Shown piece by piece: positions 1-9,558 of a stretch of 55,454 nt of DNA. The stretch is from Deltaproteobacteria bacterium (GTDB lineage: Bacteria; Bdellovibrionota_C; UBA2361; JANWWW01), in NCBI GenBank assembly GCA_025055295.1, contig JANWWW010000002.1, positions 1-55,454 on the forward strand, written 5' to 3'. The notes beneath the pieces were generated by a model. It was given only the letters and a program-made list of their open reading frames with translations. It had not been told where the DNA came from and did no database searches. How positions within the stretch are numbered: position 1 is the stretch's first letter; each line of letters starts with the position of its first letter. The translations under genes and the position numbers were made by a program.

Positions 1-1451
1 CTCTCTTTTGTTGATCCTGCAACCAAGAACTCAGGACCAAGTTCACGATCATATGTCCTATTAGCGTTAACCGGTCCCGGCAGCCCAAAGAAAGCAAGCA
101 GTATGTTACCCGCCCCATGGTCTGTTGAGTTAGCCCCGTTCGATGCAACCGTTCGACCAAATTCTGTCATAATATAAACGGACAATTTTTTTAATAAATT
201 CGGTTTTACTGTAGCAAAACTCCAAAAGAGTCCATGAATACCCCCAGCTAACTGCGTTATTAAACTTGTCAGCGCAGGATTTTGATCTGCGTGAGTATCA
301 AAACCCCCAATACTTAAAGCGACCATTTTATCTCTATTAATCAAACCGGGCTCGCTTGAAAGCAAAAATCTTGCTACGTTCATAAAAACCCCTCTAATAC
401 TGCTGCTTCTTTCCCAAGGTTTTGGATCAGGTACCCACTGATTATTGCTCCTAATATAACTTTGAGCTGAATACATGTTTGTCAAGCTATTAGCACTTGT
501 CCCTGCTGGAGCTATCACAGTATTACGCAGCTCATATAATAACTCTTGCGCAACTTTCCCTTTTTCGTATGCGTCAAGAAACAGTCTTTTTAGGCCTACC
601 GCATCCCTATACTCTTCTTGCAGGGCTGAAACCAACTGCTGTATGTATGTCCAGTTATCATGGGCCCGGAAATTGGTGCTTTGATAATAATTGCGGCAAG
701 ATCTTTGCGGAAAACTTAACCCAAGCAGTCTGTCTACCAAAAGCTCGGAGAAGTTAGAGTTAATCGAGTAAATAGTTCTTTGCTCTGTCCCACCGAGTTC
801 TGATTGGCTCCAACCCCCAAATCCAAGCAATCTAAGGCTATCCTCTATCGAGTTGCAGTCGGGGCAATTCTTAAAAACCGCTTTCCCTAGAAAACCTATG
901 TTTCTTGATACAGCAATCATTGCTATCAAAGCTAATTGCTGGGCATTGAAGTGACTTTTTTCAAACTGAACATGCCTTAAACTGCTAACTGGCTGATCGT
1001 AAAAATGTAACATCCCAACTCCCTTCATCAATCGCACCGCTATGTAGTTCGACAACGGAACACCATTTACAGTCTCGCACTTTATTCTTGCGCTCTTTCC
1101 GGGGGCTGGATTGTTCATATTCATTAGTCGTTCCCACCATGGATGCAGACCAAACTGAGAACCGATTGGAATTATTTCACTTCGCGCATAAGCATTTTGA
1201 GCGTCAAGATTTTCAGGGAGTATCAGAGGTCGTCTCACGTTCAAAAGGTACGACAGTAGCTGAGAAGCTGAGGAAAGAGGATGACATATTTGAAGCCCAT
1301 CGGCCCCTCCTCTTAAAAAGATAAAGACTGTTGACCGTGGCTCTTCCGTCTCTGAGCCCCAAAGGCAAAGTGGCTGACCAAGGGATGACAAAACGGCCGT
1401 CGATGTAAGATTTAACAGAAAATCTCTTCTTGAATTAATCCCCAGCTTCAT
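1..1451 (-). CDS. DUF1501-family protein with twin-arginine (Tat) signal; runs off the left edge of the window
   Basis: Not in the ORF track. Manual translation from ATG 1451 is open to position 1: MKLGINSRRDFL (Tat motif), FLRGGADGL, FGLHP, KSHFNAQ, GGFDTHADQ, MTEFGRT...NGANSTDHG. These are hallmark DUF1501 motifs, and the gene lies 6 bp downstream of the DUF1800 gene. Confidence 0.9.
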   Translation of the reverse strand, partial: MKLGINSRRDFLLNLTSTAVLSSLGQPLCLWGSETEEPRSTVFIFLRGGADGLQICHPLSSASQLLSYLLNVRRPLILPENLDAQNAYARSEIIPIGSQFGLHPWWERLMNMNNPAPGKSARIKCETVNGVPLSNYIAVRLMKGVGMLHFYDQPVSSLRHVQFEKSHFNAQQLALIAMIAVSRNIGFLGKAVFKNCPDCNSIEDSLRLLGFGGWSQSELGGTEQRTIYSINSNFSELLVDRLLGLSFPQRSCRNYYQSTNFRAHDNWTYIQQLVSALQEEYRDAVGLKRLFLDAYEKGKVAQELLYELRNTVIAPAGTSANSLTNMYSAQSYIRSNNQWVPDPKPWERSSSIRGVFMNVARFLLSSEPGLINRDKMVALSIGGFDTHADQNPALTSLITQLAGGIHGLFWSFATVKPNLLKKLSVYIMTEFGRTVASNGANSTDHGAGNILLAFFGLPGPVNANRTYDRELGPEFLVAGSTKE

Positions 1452-1457
1452 GCTTTT

Positions 1458-4313
1458 TCACTTTAACCAAGCCTCAGGCGTCATCAGCAACGCATAAACC
1501 AAACCCAGATACTTCAAATCGAAAAAACGTCTTTTCGCTTCGTCCGCTGATATCGTGACTGGGATGCCGTTTACGAAAACTGTTGTCGTGACAAAGTTAT
1601 TCCAACAGGGACGACTTTCCTGTGGATGCAATCGAGTAAGGAAATTTTTCGCAATCTCTTTTTGCCTATCGTTTAGTGGCACGCCTAGTCTTAACAAAGT
1701 TTCTTCAAAAACTTCGTCAATGTCATCAATATTCTCAAATTCATTTCGCAAATTATCAAAATGGCTGAATATGTTGCCTGAGTACTTTGACCACGGAAAT
1801 TCTTGCGGGTGATAAGGATATTGTTCGCCAAATGCAAGATACCAGACATCTGACCACACGCTACCGTCATCTCCGAACTGGTCGTTTTGATTGAAAGGCA
1901 CAGTGAATAACATAGAGTTTGTGGCAGCGTCTAATACCTCAATTGGCGCGCGCCCCTGGTCGCCAAAAAACGCACCTCGGGTAAATAAGTAGAAAATATT
2001 TCTTTGCAACTGACTTATAAGCCTGCGACGCATAACTGTATTAATTGGATTTATGAACGAGCGCCCGTCGGATATGGACAAATTTCTCTGAACCCCAGCC
2101 ACCGGCACACCAAAAACGCTAGGCATATCCAGATTAGGATAACCTGTCACAGCAGAGATAGTGTTTACGTGCCCGAGGGTAACAATCCAGTTCTGAGCAA
2201 ATCTGTGGTAATACATTTGAGGTATTTTTAGGACCCTGCCGAGCATCAATGCGTACTCGAAAGGCGTTTTAACAATAGTGTCAACATGCTCATAGGAAAA
2301 TAGCGCTTCAGATTTGAGAAGAGTTTTTAAAACAGGACCTAGCCTATATTCTTCCTGAATTATAAGTTCCGCTAGATCAGCCACAAGCAAGGGGCTTTTT
2401 GCGGCCTTTGGACCAATGAAATACCCCAAAAGTTGAATCGCGAGAGCACGTGACGCAGACGAGCCAGCACCTGGAATTCTTCGATGACGATAAAGAAGCT
2501 CGTGGGTTATGTTGTCAGCAATAAATCCGTTGTTACCACCATTAGAAGGCCCAAAGAAGGTAGGATTAGACGGATTAGTGCTTTCTGAAATAAAAATTTT
2601 CTCAAATGAATTAATGTTTAATGGATGAGAAAACATTTGGTCTCGAATCTCCCAATCCGTACCCTGAAACAACACAACACCGTTTCTAAACATCTCTTCC
2701 TCCGCATTACCAATTCTGTCCCACCTTGATTTATTGAATCCGAATCTGTGCTCACGGGTTGAGGTAACAGAAGTACAAGTTGTCGAATAAAATAGATGCT
2801 CTGGGAAGCCAAAAACGGTTCCGCGTTGATTTTCAGCCTGCCCCCAGACTACTACAACTTGCCTGCCTGTGCAAAAAGGTTTAGCATTCGGAATGAACTT
2901 ATAAGGTTTCCCATAGGGAGCTACCGGATTTGTGTTGTTGACATAATCTGCAAAATATTCCTGATACCCCACAGCAGCCCTCGTTAAGTGCTTGACATCA
3001 TTTTCGTTGTAATTAGCTATATAAGTCTCCCAGTTACCTGCAAAAAGATCGTTTGTTTTAATTGTAAAGAGCTCGAGTGCCTCTCGAGAGTAATTTTCGT
3101 TTGAGTTGCCGAATCCTCTCCGGTTGTATCTATTATCTAGCCACACTAACATATGGGCGTTAGAATGCATTTTTTTTACAAGGTCCTCGAAGCTGCCAAC
3201 TAAGTGCTGCATGATTAGCTCAACGTAGTCCCCTGTAAGCCCCGCGTATCTATTACGGTCTAAGGCATCGTGCTTCAAGGCAAACCAATTATGAAGAATG
3301 ACCCACATCGACGCACAAAGAGGACTTCCATTTAAAAATTGAAAGTATAAGTAATTATTAAGCGAGTCAACTGTATCCCGGAGGTGAGCTTTAAATCTTT
3401 CACCGCTACCAGGTGCACTTTCAGGGGTCTCCCAGAACGTGTTGTTACCCGAAAAGTGAACTGCAGGCAGTTGAGCCAACTGGCGGATCTGTTCAGCTCT
3501 TGGATGAAGTAAACGCAGTGCTGAGTCTGAATTGGACCAGTTACAATCCTCGACAAGCTTATTAACGAAAGCATCAAGCCCCATCTGTTCTGCCATATCT
3601 AGTTCTCTTTTAGTTGCCCCTAATCCAACCTTTCGCAAAAGGTGAGCTGCCTTCACCCGATTAAAATCGCCGGCATATCTTGCCAGAGAAACAGGATTTC
3701 CGTCTAGACCCCAAGGATGAGCTTGTGAATTATTAACAAACTGATATGAGTAAGTTCTTGTAAAAAATCTAGTCGTGCCTGACCCAAATTCGAAAGAGCA
3801 GTTGAATTGATAGGTTCCCGGTGGGACAGTTGCCGAGAGGTTTAAACAAATCTCCCCATTTTCAACCAGGATGGAAATATTGATCGGGTATCTAGACGCG
3901 CTGCAAGAAATTGTTTTAGCCAGCGTGTGGTTAATCAGTGACCTAAAAACGAAGGCTCCAGCTGAATTTATGGATTGTAGTCCAACACATCTCCTAAAAG
4001 ATTGGCCTGATACGAGCGATGTATCAACTGAAAGGAAGCTGCTTATTGCATCTCTACCTTGCTCAACAAAATAGTTTAAACGGTTTCGACAAAACTCTTC
4101 TCCGATTTTTTTTGCTCTCGCAAGAATTTTTTTATCCGGTTTATACTTGCCTTTTCGGACATTAAGCTGAAGTTTTGCATGGAAGATTAACGGTTTAATC
4201 GTACATCTAGCTATGAACTGGACCCTAAACAGTGAAAAAGATCTGGTTGGATAAAATACCTCTGCAAAAAGGCAACAAGTTATCAGAAAAATGCTCAGCG
4301 AAATTAAACGCAA
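1458..4313 (-). CDS. DUF1800-family protein, unusually long (951 aa)
   Basis: Motifs HLLRKVGLGAT, HNWFA, MLVWLDN..N......NENYSREALELFT, DV..LTRA..G and KTPFEY. N-terminal hydrophobic signal-like segment. Canonical pairing with DUF1501. Confidence 0.85.
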   Translation of the reverse strand: MRLISLSIFLITCCLFAEVFYPTRSFSLFRVQFIARCTIKPLIFHAKLQLNVRKGKYKPDKKILARAKKIGEEFCRNRLNYFVEQGRDAISSFLSVDTSLVSGQSFRRCVGLQSINSAGAFVFRSLINHTLAKTISCSASRYPINISILVENGEICLNLSATVPPGTYQFNCSFEFGSGTTRFFTRTYSYQFVNNSQAHPWGLDGNPVSLARYAGDFNRVKAAHLLRKVGLGATKRELDMAEQMGLDAFVNKLVEDCNWSNSDSALRLLHPRAEQIRQLAQLPAVHFSGNNTFWETPESAPGSGERFKAHLRDTVDSLNNYLYFQFLNGSPLCASMWVILHNWFALKHDALDRNRYAGLTGDYVELIMQHLVGSFEDLVKKMHSNAHMLVWLDNRYNRRGFGNSNENYSREALELFTIKTNDLFAGNWETYIANYNENDVKHLTRAAVGYQEYFADYVNNTNPVAPYGKPYKFIPNAKPFCTGRQVVVVWGQAENQRGTVFGFPEHLFYSTTCTSVTSTREHRFGFNKSRWDRIGNAEEEMFRNGVVLFQGTDWEIRDQMFSHPLNINSFEKIFISESTNPSNPTFFGPSNGGNNGFIADNITHELLYRHRRIPGAGSSASRALAIQLLGYFIGPKAAKSPLLVADLAELIIQEEYRLGPVLKTLLKSEALFSYEHVDTIVKTPFEYALMLGRVLKIPQMYYHRFAQNWIVTLGHVNTISAVTGYPNLDMPSVFGVPVAGVQRNLSISDGRSFINPINTVMRRRLISQLQRNIFYLFTRGAFFGDQGRAPIEVLDAATNSMLFTVPFNQNDQFGDDGSVWSDVWYLAFGEQYPYHPQEFPWSKYSGNIFSHFDNLRNEFENIDDIDEVFEETLLRLGVPLNDRQKEIAKNFLTRLHPQESRPCWNNFVTTTVFVNGIPVTISADEAKRRFFDLKYLGLVYALLMTPEAWLK

Positions 4314-5133
4314 GTTTAATTTTTATATTCATATCGGCTTCAACTTTGATTTGCTTCAGATTTTGAAAAAATTTTTTAAGGCTATTAATAAATTCTCTTT
4401 AAACAAATAGGTTTTTTTTTGTAAAAGGAGATAAAAATTATGATAGATGTTAGAGCTTTCGAGATTTCGTTATAATAGCCATTTACATCAACATCAGCCT
4501 TTTTGGCATAATAGCTCTAATTAAATTAAAAACTCTTAATCTGATTAAAACTTGATAACTGCAAAAGCCTAGACCTAAACTGTTAACCTTATAACAAATT
4601 GTCCTTGCAATCTGACCTAATCAATGAAAACGTTTCTTAGTGAGCTCAACCGTACTTCTAACGGCCCTCGGTATAGCTCGTCTTTAGTCAATCTCTGTGC
4701 TTTTTGAAGACCTATCAACTAATCCATAAATCAGAGGTAAGTTTTATCTCACAAAAAATTTTGAACCTGTTAGTTTAAACATTTCGACCCGACTTTTTTT
4801 CGCTTCACTCATGCCTTGTACAATCCATTACTGTGTTACTTATTATCCTTGTGTTTTGTCGAGCTGTTCTAAGTGTCCGAGTTATTAATTAGAAACGCAC
4901 TTTTTTTAAGTGCTTTTTAAAAGCTGTACAACATACTAATAATCATGTTCTACTCAAGAAAGTTGTCAAGGTAGGCAGATAATAGTAGATCAATGAGTTA
5001 TGATATGAACATCGGTTTAACCTTTTGAGAAGCTCCCTGGTTAGCACGGTAAAGCCTGTTACTTCAAAAAAAAATTTATAAAAAATGGTCTTGAACGAAG
5101 ATAGAGGATCCCTCCATTCATTCTTCCTCCGAT

Positions 5134-5154
5134 AAAAAAGGCTCTTTCGGCCCT
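5134..5154 (-). terminator. Possible intrinsic terminator downstream of gcvT
   Basis: Minus strand reads AGGGCC-GAAA-GAGCCT-TTTTT: an imperfect GC stem with a GAAA tetraloop followed by a U-tract. Confidence 0.4.
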
Positions 5155-5185
5155 ATGTTCTTAAATAACCACAGCTTTTATACCA

Positions 5186-5214
5186 AAGGTATGCACAGGG
5201 TAATTTTTTGTCAA
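5186..5214 (-). promoter_or_regulatory. Sigma70-like promoter
   Basis: Minus strand TTGACA (5214-5209), 17 nt, TACCTT (5191-5186). Confidence 0.35.
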
Positions 5215-5256
5215 CGAGTTGGGGCCGTTATTTAACCGTGCTAAAAAAACTGCCGG

Positions 5257-6321
5257 TTAACTTGCTGAGAATGCCCTCTTGTTTGCTTCAAGTCTTTTTT
5301 TTAATTCTTTTTTTGAAATCAAATCCGCTTTAACGTATGAGTTGCGTATCTCAATAAGTATTTCTTCCTCCTTGAAGCCGCTATACAATCTTGCAAATCC
5401 AATAGGATTTTCAAAAAATGGAACTTTAGCGCCAGAAGTAACAAATCCAACATGCTGCCCTGCAGGTGAAAAAACTCTCATCCCTTTTCTTGGAACTCCC
5501 ACCATCTCTCTCAGGACAAATCTGTTCAACTTATAATCATTTCTCAGGAAACCTTTACCAATAAAATCTTTGTTTTGGTCAATCAGCCACTCAAGATCTG
5601 ACTCTAAGGGGCTAAATGTATCTTCCAATTCATTACCGTACAATGAAAATCCTGCCTCAATTCGCAGGGTGTCTCTTGCTCCCAGCCCGCAAGGCTTGAC
5701 TCCAAGCTCAATCAAGTTTAAATACAATGTTTCAGCAAACTTCGGGTCGTCGATAAACAATTCAAAACCATCTTCACCAGTGTAACCCGTTCGGCTGATG
5801 ATTTTGACAGAAGCCCTACTATTGACAAACATCTGGTTTCTTTTTTTTGGCAAACAAAAGTTCAGTCTTGTCAGGGTTGCCTCACTTTGCGGTCCCTGAA
5901 CAGCCAAAATTATGAATTCACGCTGTTGGAATGAAATACTAAATCTCTCAAAATAGCTTGGCAATTTTTCCGCATTTATTGCGTTACCTATCAACAAAAT
6001 CGACATAGACTGAAAAACCAAACCGTCCTCAACCACAAATCCTCTTTCGTTTAAAAACACCGTGTACTGACTTAATTGTGTCCCGTCAGCTTTTAAGGAT
6101 ATTTTACGGGGGGTTAAATAGAGGAATTTTTCAGCGCAACTCAAAGGAAATTCGTAAACTCTCATGTGACTAGCATCGCAAACTGTGCAATTTAAGCGGG
6201 TTTGGACATGTTCGTCAAAAATACTCTCATAATAGATGGGCACCTCGAACCCCGCATAATGGCCCATTTTTGCAGACAATTTCTCTCTGTGAAAATTAGT
6301 AAGAGGAAGTTTTTTCAACAT
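5257..6321 (-). CDS. gcvT: Glycine cleavage system aminomethyltransferase T
   Basis: KLPL..FH....AKM..YAGFEVP, SRTGYTGEDGFEL, GLGARDTLRIEAG, GFVTSG. Start moved from 6345 (track) to ATG 6321 to match the family N-terminus. Confidence 0.92.
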   Translation of the reverse strand: MLKKLPLTNFHREKLSAKMGHYAGFEVPIYYESIFDEHVQTRLNCTVCDASHMRVYEFPLSCAEKFLYLTPRKISLKADGTQLSQYTVFLNERGFVVEDGLVFQSMSILLIGNAINAEKLPSYFERFSISFQQREFIILAVQGPQSEATLTRLNFCLPKKRNQMFVNSRASVKIISRTGYTGEDGFELFIDDPKFAETLYLNLIELGVKPCGLGARDTLRIEAGFSLYGNELEDTFSPLESDLEWLIDQNKDFIGKGFLRNDYKLNRFVLREMVGVPRKGMRVFSPAGQHVGFVTSGAKVPFFENPIGFARLYSGFKEEEILIEIRNSYVKADLISKKELKKRLEANKRAFSAS

Positions 6322-7195
6322 TTCTTTTAAAAGCGGCAAAAACATTTTCCAAAAGACACTGAACAGTCAATGGTCCAACGCCTCCTGGGACTGGCGTATA
6401 AGCCAATAGCTGCGAGGACTCAATTTTTAAGTCACCAACTAACCTCCCATCTTCTTTTTTGGAAATTCCAACATCAATCACAATGCAGTTTTCCTTAAGA
6501 ATTTTAGAAGAAAAAAAATGTGGGCAACCCGTCGCAAAAATCACAATATCCGCTAGTTCTAAGTAGGAATTAATGCAAGCTGACCTGGAATGGCATACGA
6601 TCACCGTAGCATTCCTGTCAATCAGCATTAATGACACCGGTTTTCCCACTAAGGTGCTCCTTCCTACCACCACCACAGTCTTGCCTGAAAGGTCTTTTCG
6701 AGGGGGATCTGGAATGTACTTGTTGGTACTAGCAACCCAATACGCCAGATCGACGAGTAGCAAGCAAGCTGACGGAGTACAAGGGAAAAAAAATGGTCGT
6801 CCTGCAAAAAGCCTTCCAAGATTTAGAGAAGTTAAACAATCTACGTCTTTTTCAGGACTTACATGATTGAGTATTTTGAAAGTATCAAAATTTTTTGGCA
6901 AAGGAAGCTGAACGATTATTCCGTCAACGTCCGGGTTGCGATTGAAACTTACTATTTTATCGATCAAATCGTTTTCTTCAATCGAACGCGGCATCTTTAT
7001 AAGTTGTGGAAGAATTCCTATTCTTTGGCAAGCTTGAACTTTTTTTGACACATAAACTGTTGAAGCAGGATTGTCACCAACTTGAAAAATCGTTAAGCAA
7101 GGAGACCTTTTTTTTGTTTTTAGCAAATTTGCTAATTCATCTTTTAATTTAGTCTCACGAAGACTTGCTAGCGATTTTCCATCTAGTTTAAGCAT
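6296..7195 (-). CDS. folD: Bifunctional methylene-THF dehydrogenase/cyclohydrolase
   Basis: VGDNPASTVYV..K, DGIIVQLPLP, PEKDVD, PCTP, VVGRSTLVGKP, TPVPGGVGPLT. Confidence 0.96.
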   Translation of the reverse strand: MLKLDGKSLASLRETKLKDELANLLKTKKRSPCLTIFQVGDNPASTVYVSKKVQACQRIGILPQLIKMPRSIEENDLIDKIVSFNRNPDVDGIIVQLPLPKNFDTFKILNHVSPEKDVDCLTSLNLGRLFAGRPFFFPCTPSACLLLVDLAYWVASTNKYIPDPPRKDLSGKTVVVVGRSTLVGKPVSLMLIDRNATVIVCHSRSACINSYLELADIVIFATGCPHFFSSKILKENCIVIDVGISKKEDGRLVGDLKIESSQLLAYTPVPGGVGPLTVQCLLENVFAAFKRNVEKTSSY

Positions 7196-7710
7196 AGGTC
7201 AATCAAAGCTTTAACTGTATCGTAGATACCCATATTAACGGATTCTATAGGGTCGTTGATTTCCACCTCGAGCACTGTTCGCATTCTGTCGTCAAATTTT
7301 TTTTTCAAATGGAGAGCTAAACTTAAATAAGACGATAATTTTCCATCTATTTTGTACGGGCCCTTTCTCAAACCAAAAATTGGACTGAGGGGTTCGGTAA
7401 GCCTGGAATAAACAAAATTTCTCAAAATAAAGTTAAGTATAAAAAGCTTTTTGAAATTTTTGGGAGGCAAAATGCGCTGTCTTGACATCGACGCCAAGAC
7501 TTTTACGTTGACAAGCTCGTAAACATCAAGCAACGTAAACAACTTGTTAATCGTGGTTGGAGCAAGAGGCTGTGACAAGAAAATGATTTTTCCGAAAGTT
7601 TGCAAGGATTTCCAAACCAATTCACTTGAGGCTCCCTGCCACCTGATCAATTCACAGGCGGGCACGTTGATATCAAAATTGCCTAATGTTACTATCCCGA
7701 GCTTTTCCAT
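7183..7710 (-). CDS. Hypothetical protein; weak resemblance to a degenerate GT2 (polyprenol-phosphate glycosyltransferase) domain
   Basis: ATG start, overlaps both neighbours (translational coupling). The segment SRLTEPLSPIFGLRK resembles the GT2 'D..SGF...R' region; no DxD motif seen. Confidence 0.4.
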   Translation of the reverse strand: MEKLGIVTLGNFDINVPACELIRWQGASSELVWKSLQTFGKIIFLSQPLAPTTINKLFTLLDVYELVNVKVLASMSRQRILPPKNFKKLFILNFILRNFVYSRLTEPLSPIFGLRKGPYKIDGKLSSYLSLALHLKKKFDDRMRTVLEVEINDPIESVNMGIYDTVKALIDLCLN

Positions 7711-8689
7711 CGCCTAGATTGCTTTCCCACAAAATCCCGAACAAGGCACCATAAAAAACAACTACTAAATATTGTTCAAGGGGATATTTATGAAACATAA
7801 AAAATAAAAGAGTTGGTAGACAAAAGCTTACAGGCGCAGACGAATGTGTAAACCCAACATACACTAATGACGTTAAATAGAGTAAAACGGATAACTTTAA
7901 AGACGGAAAAAGCAAAACCGGGTAAGGAACAGGATAGCCAAGAAACTGACGAAAATTCTCCCGAGTTATATGGAAAAATATCGTACAATCTATGGTTTCC
8001 CAGAAACCTGTTAACAAAAAAGGTAGAAAGATTACGAACGTAAAAATAAAAAGAAACGAAAAGTATTTAAAAACTTTTTTAGCTGGAAGAATTTTACCTG
8101 AATGCATAAGTAACGAAGGCAACACCAGCAAAAAGGATTGTTTAAAACATATCGACAATGCGAGAAAGAGGGAAGAGAGAAAAAGCTTTCCAGTAACCAA
8201 AAGCAGTAAACTTGTTAACATCAAAGAAAAAGCAATCGCGTCGAGCTGTTCAAAACTTTTTTTGAATACCAACGGTTGATAAACAAATCCAAAGCCAACA
8301 AGCACACTAATTGAGAGCAGAGTGAGTCTATCTTGACCTTGCCTGAAGAAACCCTTGTAAAACAGTAGGGCAATAAGAATGGCGGCAACTAAATTGTTAA
8401 ATTTACACACCAGATACCAAACCTTTACAAAGTCTTCGAAATTTTCCGTGCCAGTCAATTTTTGGATAACAACGATTGAAATGTAACTTAATGGAAAATA
8501 TGGAGGATATTTTTCTCTTGCTTTTAAGTCGGCAGGCATGTTTTTGTAGGGATTAGATAAGTTTTTAATGTTTTGCGCGTGAAGAAAAGTTATGCCTAAA
8601 TCAGACTCCAAAGAAAACTTCCGCTTAAAGTCTTTATTAAGCGATCCAAAAATGGTTAGAACCGCGAGAAAAATCAAAACTAAGCGCAT
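7673..8689 (-). CDS. Polytopic membrane glycosyltransferase, GT-C fold (GT87/DUF2029-like)
   Basis: About 9 hydrophobic segments, N-terminal loop with acidic residues, YPPYFP, QLDAI and LALSICFKQ..L..LP motifs typical of GT-C enzymes. Confidence 0.6.
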   Translation of the reverse strand: MRLVLIFLAVLTIFGSLNKDFKRKFSLESDLGITFLHAQNIKNLSNPYKNMPADLKAREKYPPYFPLSYISIVVIQKLTGTENFEDFVKVWYLVCKFNNLVAAILIALLFYKGFFRQGQDRLTLLSISVLVGFGFVYQPLVFKKSFEQLDAIAFSLMLTSLLLLVTGKLFLSSLFLALSICFKQSFLLVLPSLLMHSGKILPAKKVFKYFSFLFIFTFVIFLPFLLTGFWETIDCTIFFHITRENFRQFLGYPVPYPVLLFPSLKLSVLLYLTSLVYVGFTHSSAPVSFCLPTLLFFMFHKYPLEQYLVVVFYGALFGILWESNLGDGKARDSNIRQF

Positions 8690-9558
8690 TTGTCAGATTT
8701 TAGGATATCAAACAAGGCAAAAATTAAGAGAAAAAACACATAATTTAACGAAAAATTATAAGCGCTGGCAAGGACACTGAGAGCTAAAACTGGAAGATAC
8801 CTCTTAAATGACGAGTCAAGCCCTGAATGACTGATCGCGATCAAAGCTAGTAGGGGAAGATGATTTACTGTTAGGTTGTATCCTGCGAAAGGATCAGCCC
8901 CTACCAGAGTCCATACCACGCACGTTAATCCTAACAGAGAAAAATATGTAATTTTGTCTGAAACGCTCAGGTTAATACGCAACGAAAGAAAAATAAAGCT
9001 CGAAATGAGCGGGTTCAAAAGCATGGCAAACATCCTCAATGGCCAAAATATGATACTTGAATTTTTGAAGTTTAGGAGGAGAATAGCCGACATAAGCGTA
9101 AATGGCTCAAAAAGGATAAGTGCAAGCACAGGATTGGAAAACAAAGATAGCGTCAAGAAAATTATTTTTGAGAAGACGGTTTCCAAGGAAAATAGAAATT
9201 GAGTTAACCAACTTGAATAAATTAAAAAAGACACGATAACTACTGCGTAAAGAATAATTTCAGCAGTCGGAGCATACGCGAAAACAAACTTCAAAAGTTT
9301 TTTGATGTTTTTCGATGGACTTTGAATATCGCACCTCAAGAATTCCGGAGAGAAAATAGCGCATTTTTCAGCCTTAACGCTTAATTTCTTTACTTCACTT
9401 TTTATAAATTCTCTGTGGAAATATTTATCCAAAAACTCTTCATTCGTTTGACTTTTGAAGGCACGTGGAAAGTAATAAGCTATGGCTATTTGAATAAATG
9501 TTAAAACGATCAAAAAAGTAGTTTTTGAAAACAGATTTCTTTTCGCGATTTTTAACAT
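8680..9558 (-). CDS. Polytopic membrane protein, possibly a degenerate GT-C family member
   Basis: Many hydrophobic segments, NP motifs (SNPVLA, LNPLI); coupled between galE and the GT-C gene. Confidence 0.5.
   Translation of the reverse strand: MLKIAKRNLFSKTTFLIVLTFIQIAIAYYFPRAFKSQTNEEFLDKYFHREFIKSEVKKLSVKAEKCAIFSPEFLRCDIQSPSKNIKKLLKFVFAYAPTAEIILYAVVIVSFLIYSSWLTQFLFSLETVFSKIIFLTLSLFSNPVLALILFEPFTLMSAILLLNFKNSSIIFWPLRMFAMLLNPLISSFIFLSLRINLSVSDKITYFSLLGLTCVVWTLVGADPFAGYNLTVNHLPLLALIAISHSGLDSSFKRYLPVLALSVLASAYNFSLNYVFFLLIFALFDILKSDKCA

Noticed and set aside
475-1324. Plus-strand ORFs in the track (475-684, 497-757, 1088-1324) and the other short antisense or nested ORFs throughout the window
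   Set aside because: They are shadows of well-supported genes on the opposite strand or in another frame, with no motifs.
4425-4475. AAGGAG followed by an 11-aa ORF (MIDVRAFEISL)
   Set aside because: Too short, with no supporting motif or promoter; expected by chance in AT-rich DNA.
5041-5244. 6S RNA candidate (about 200 nt, paired ends, near folate genes)
   Set aside because: The interior does not form the long rod with a central bubble; kept only as an unclassified structured element.
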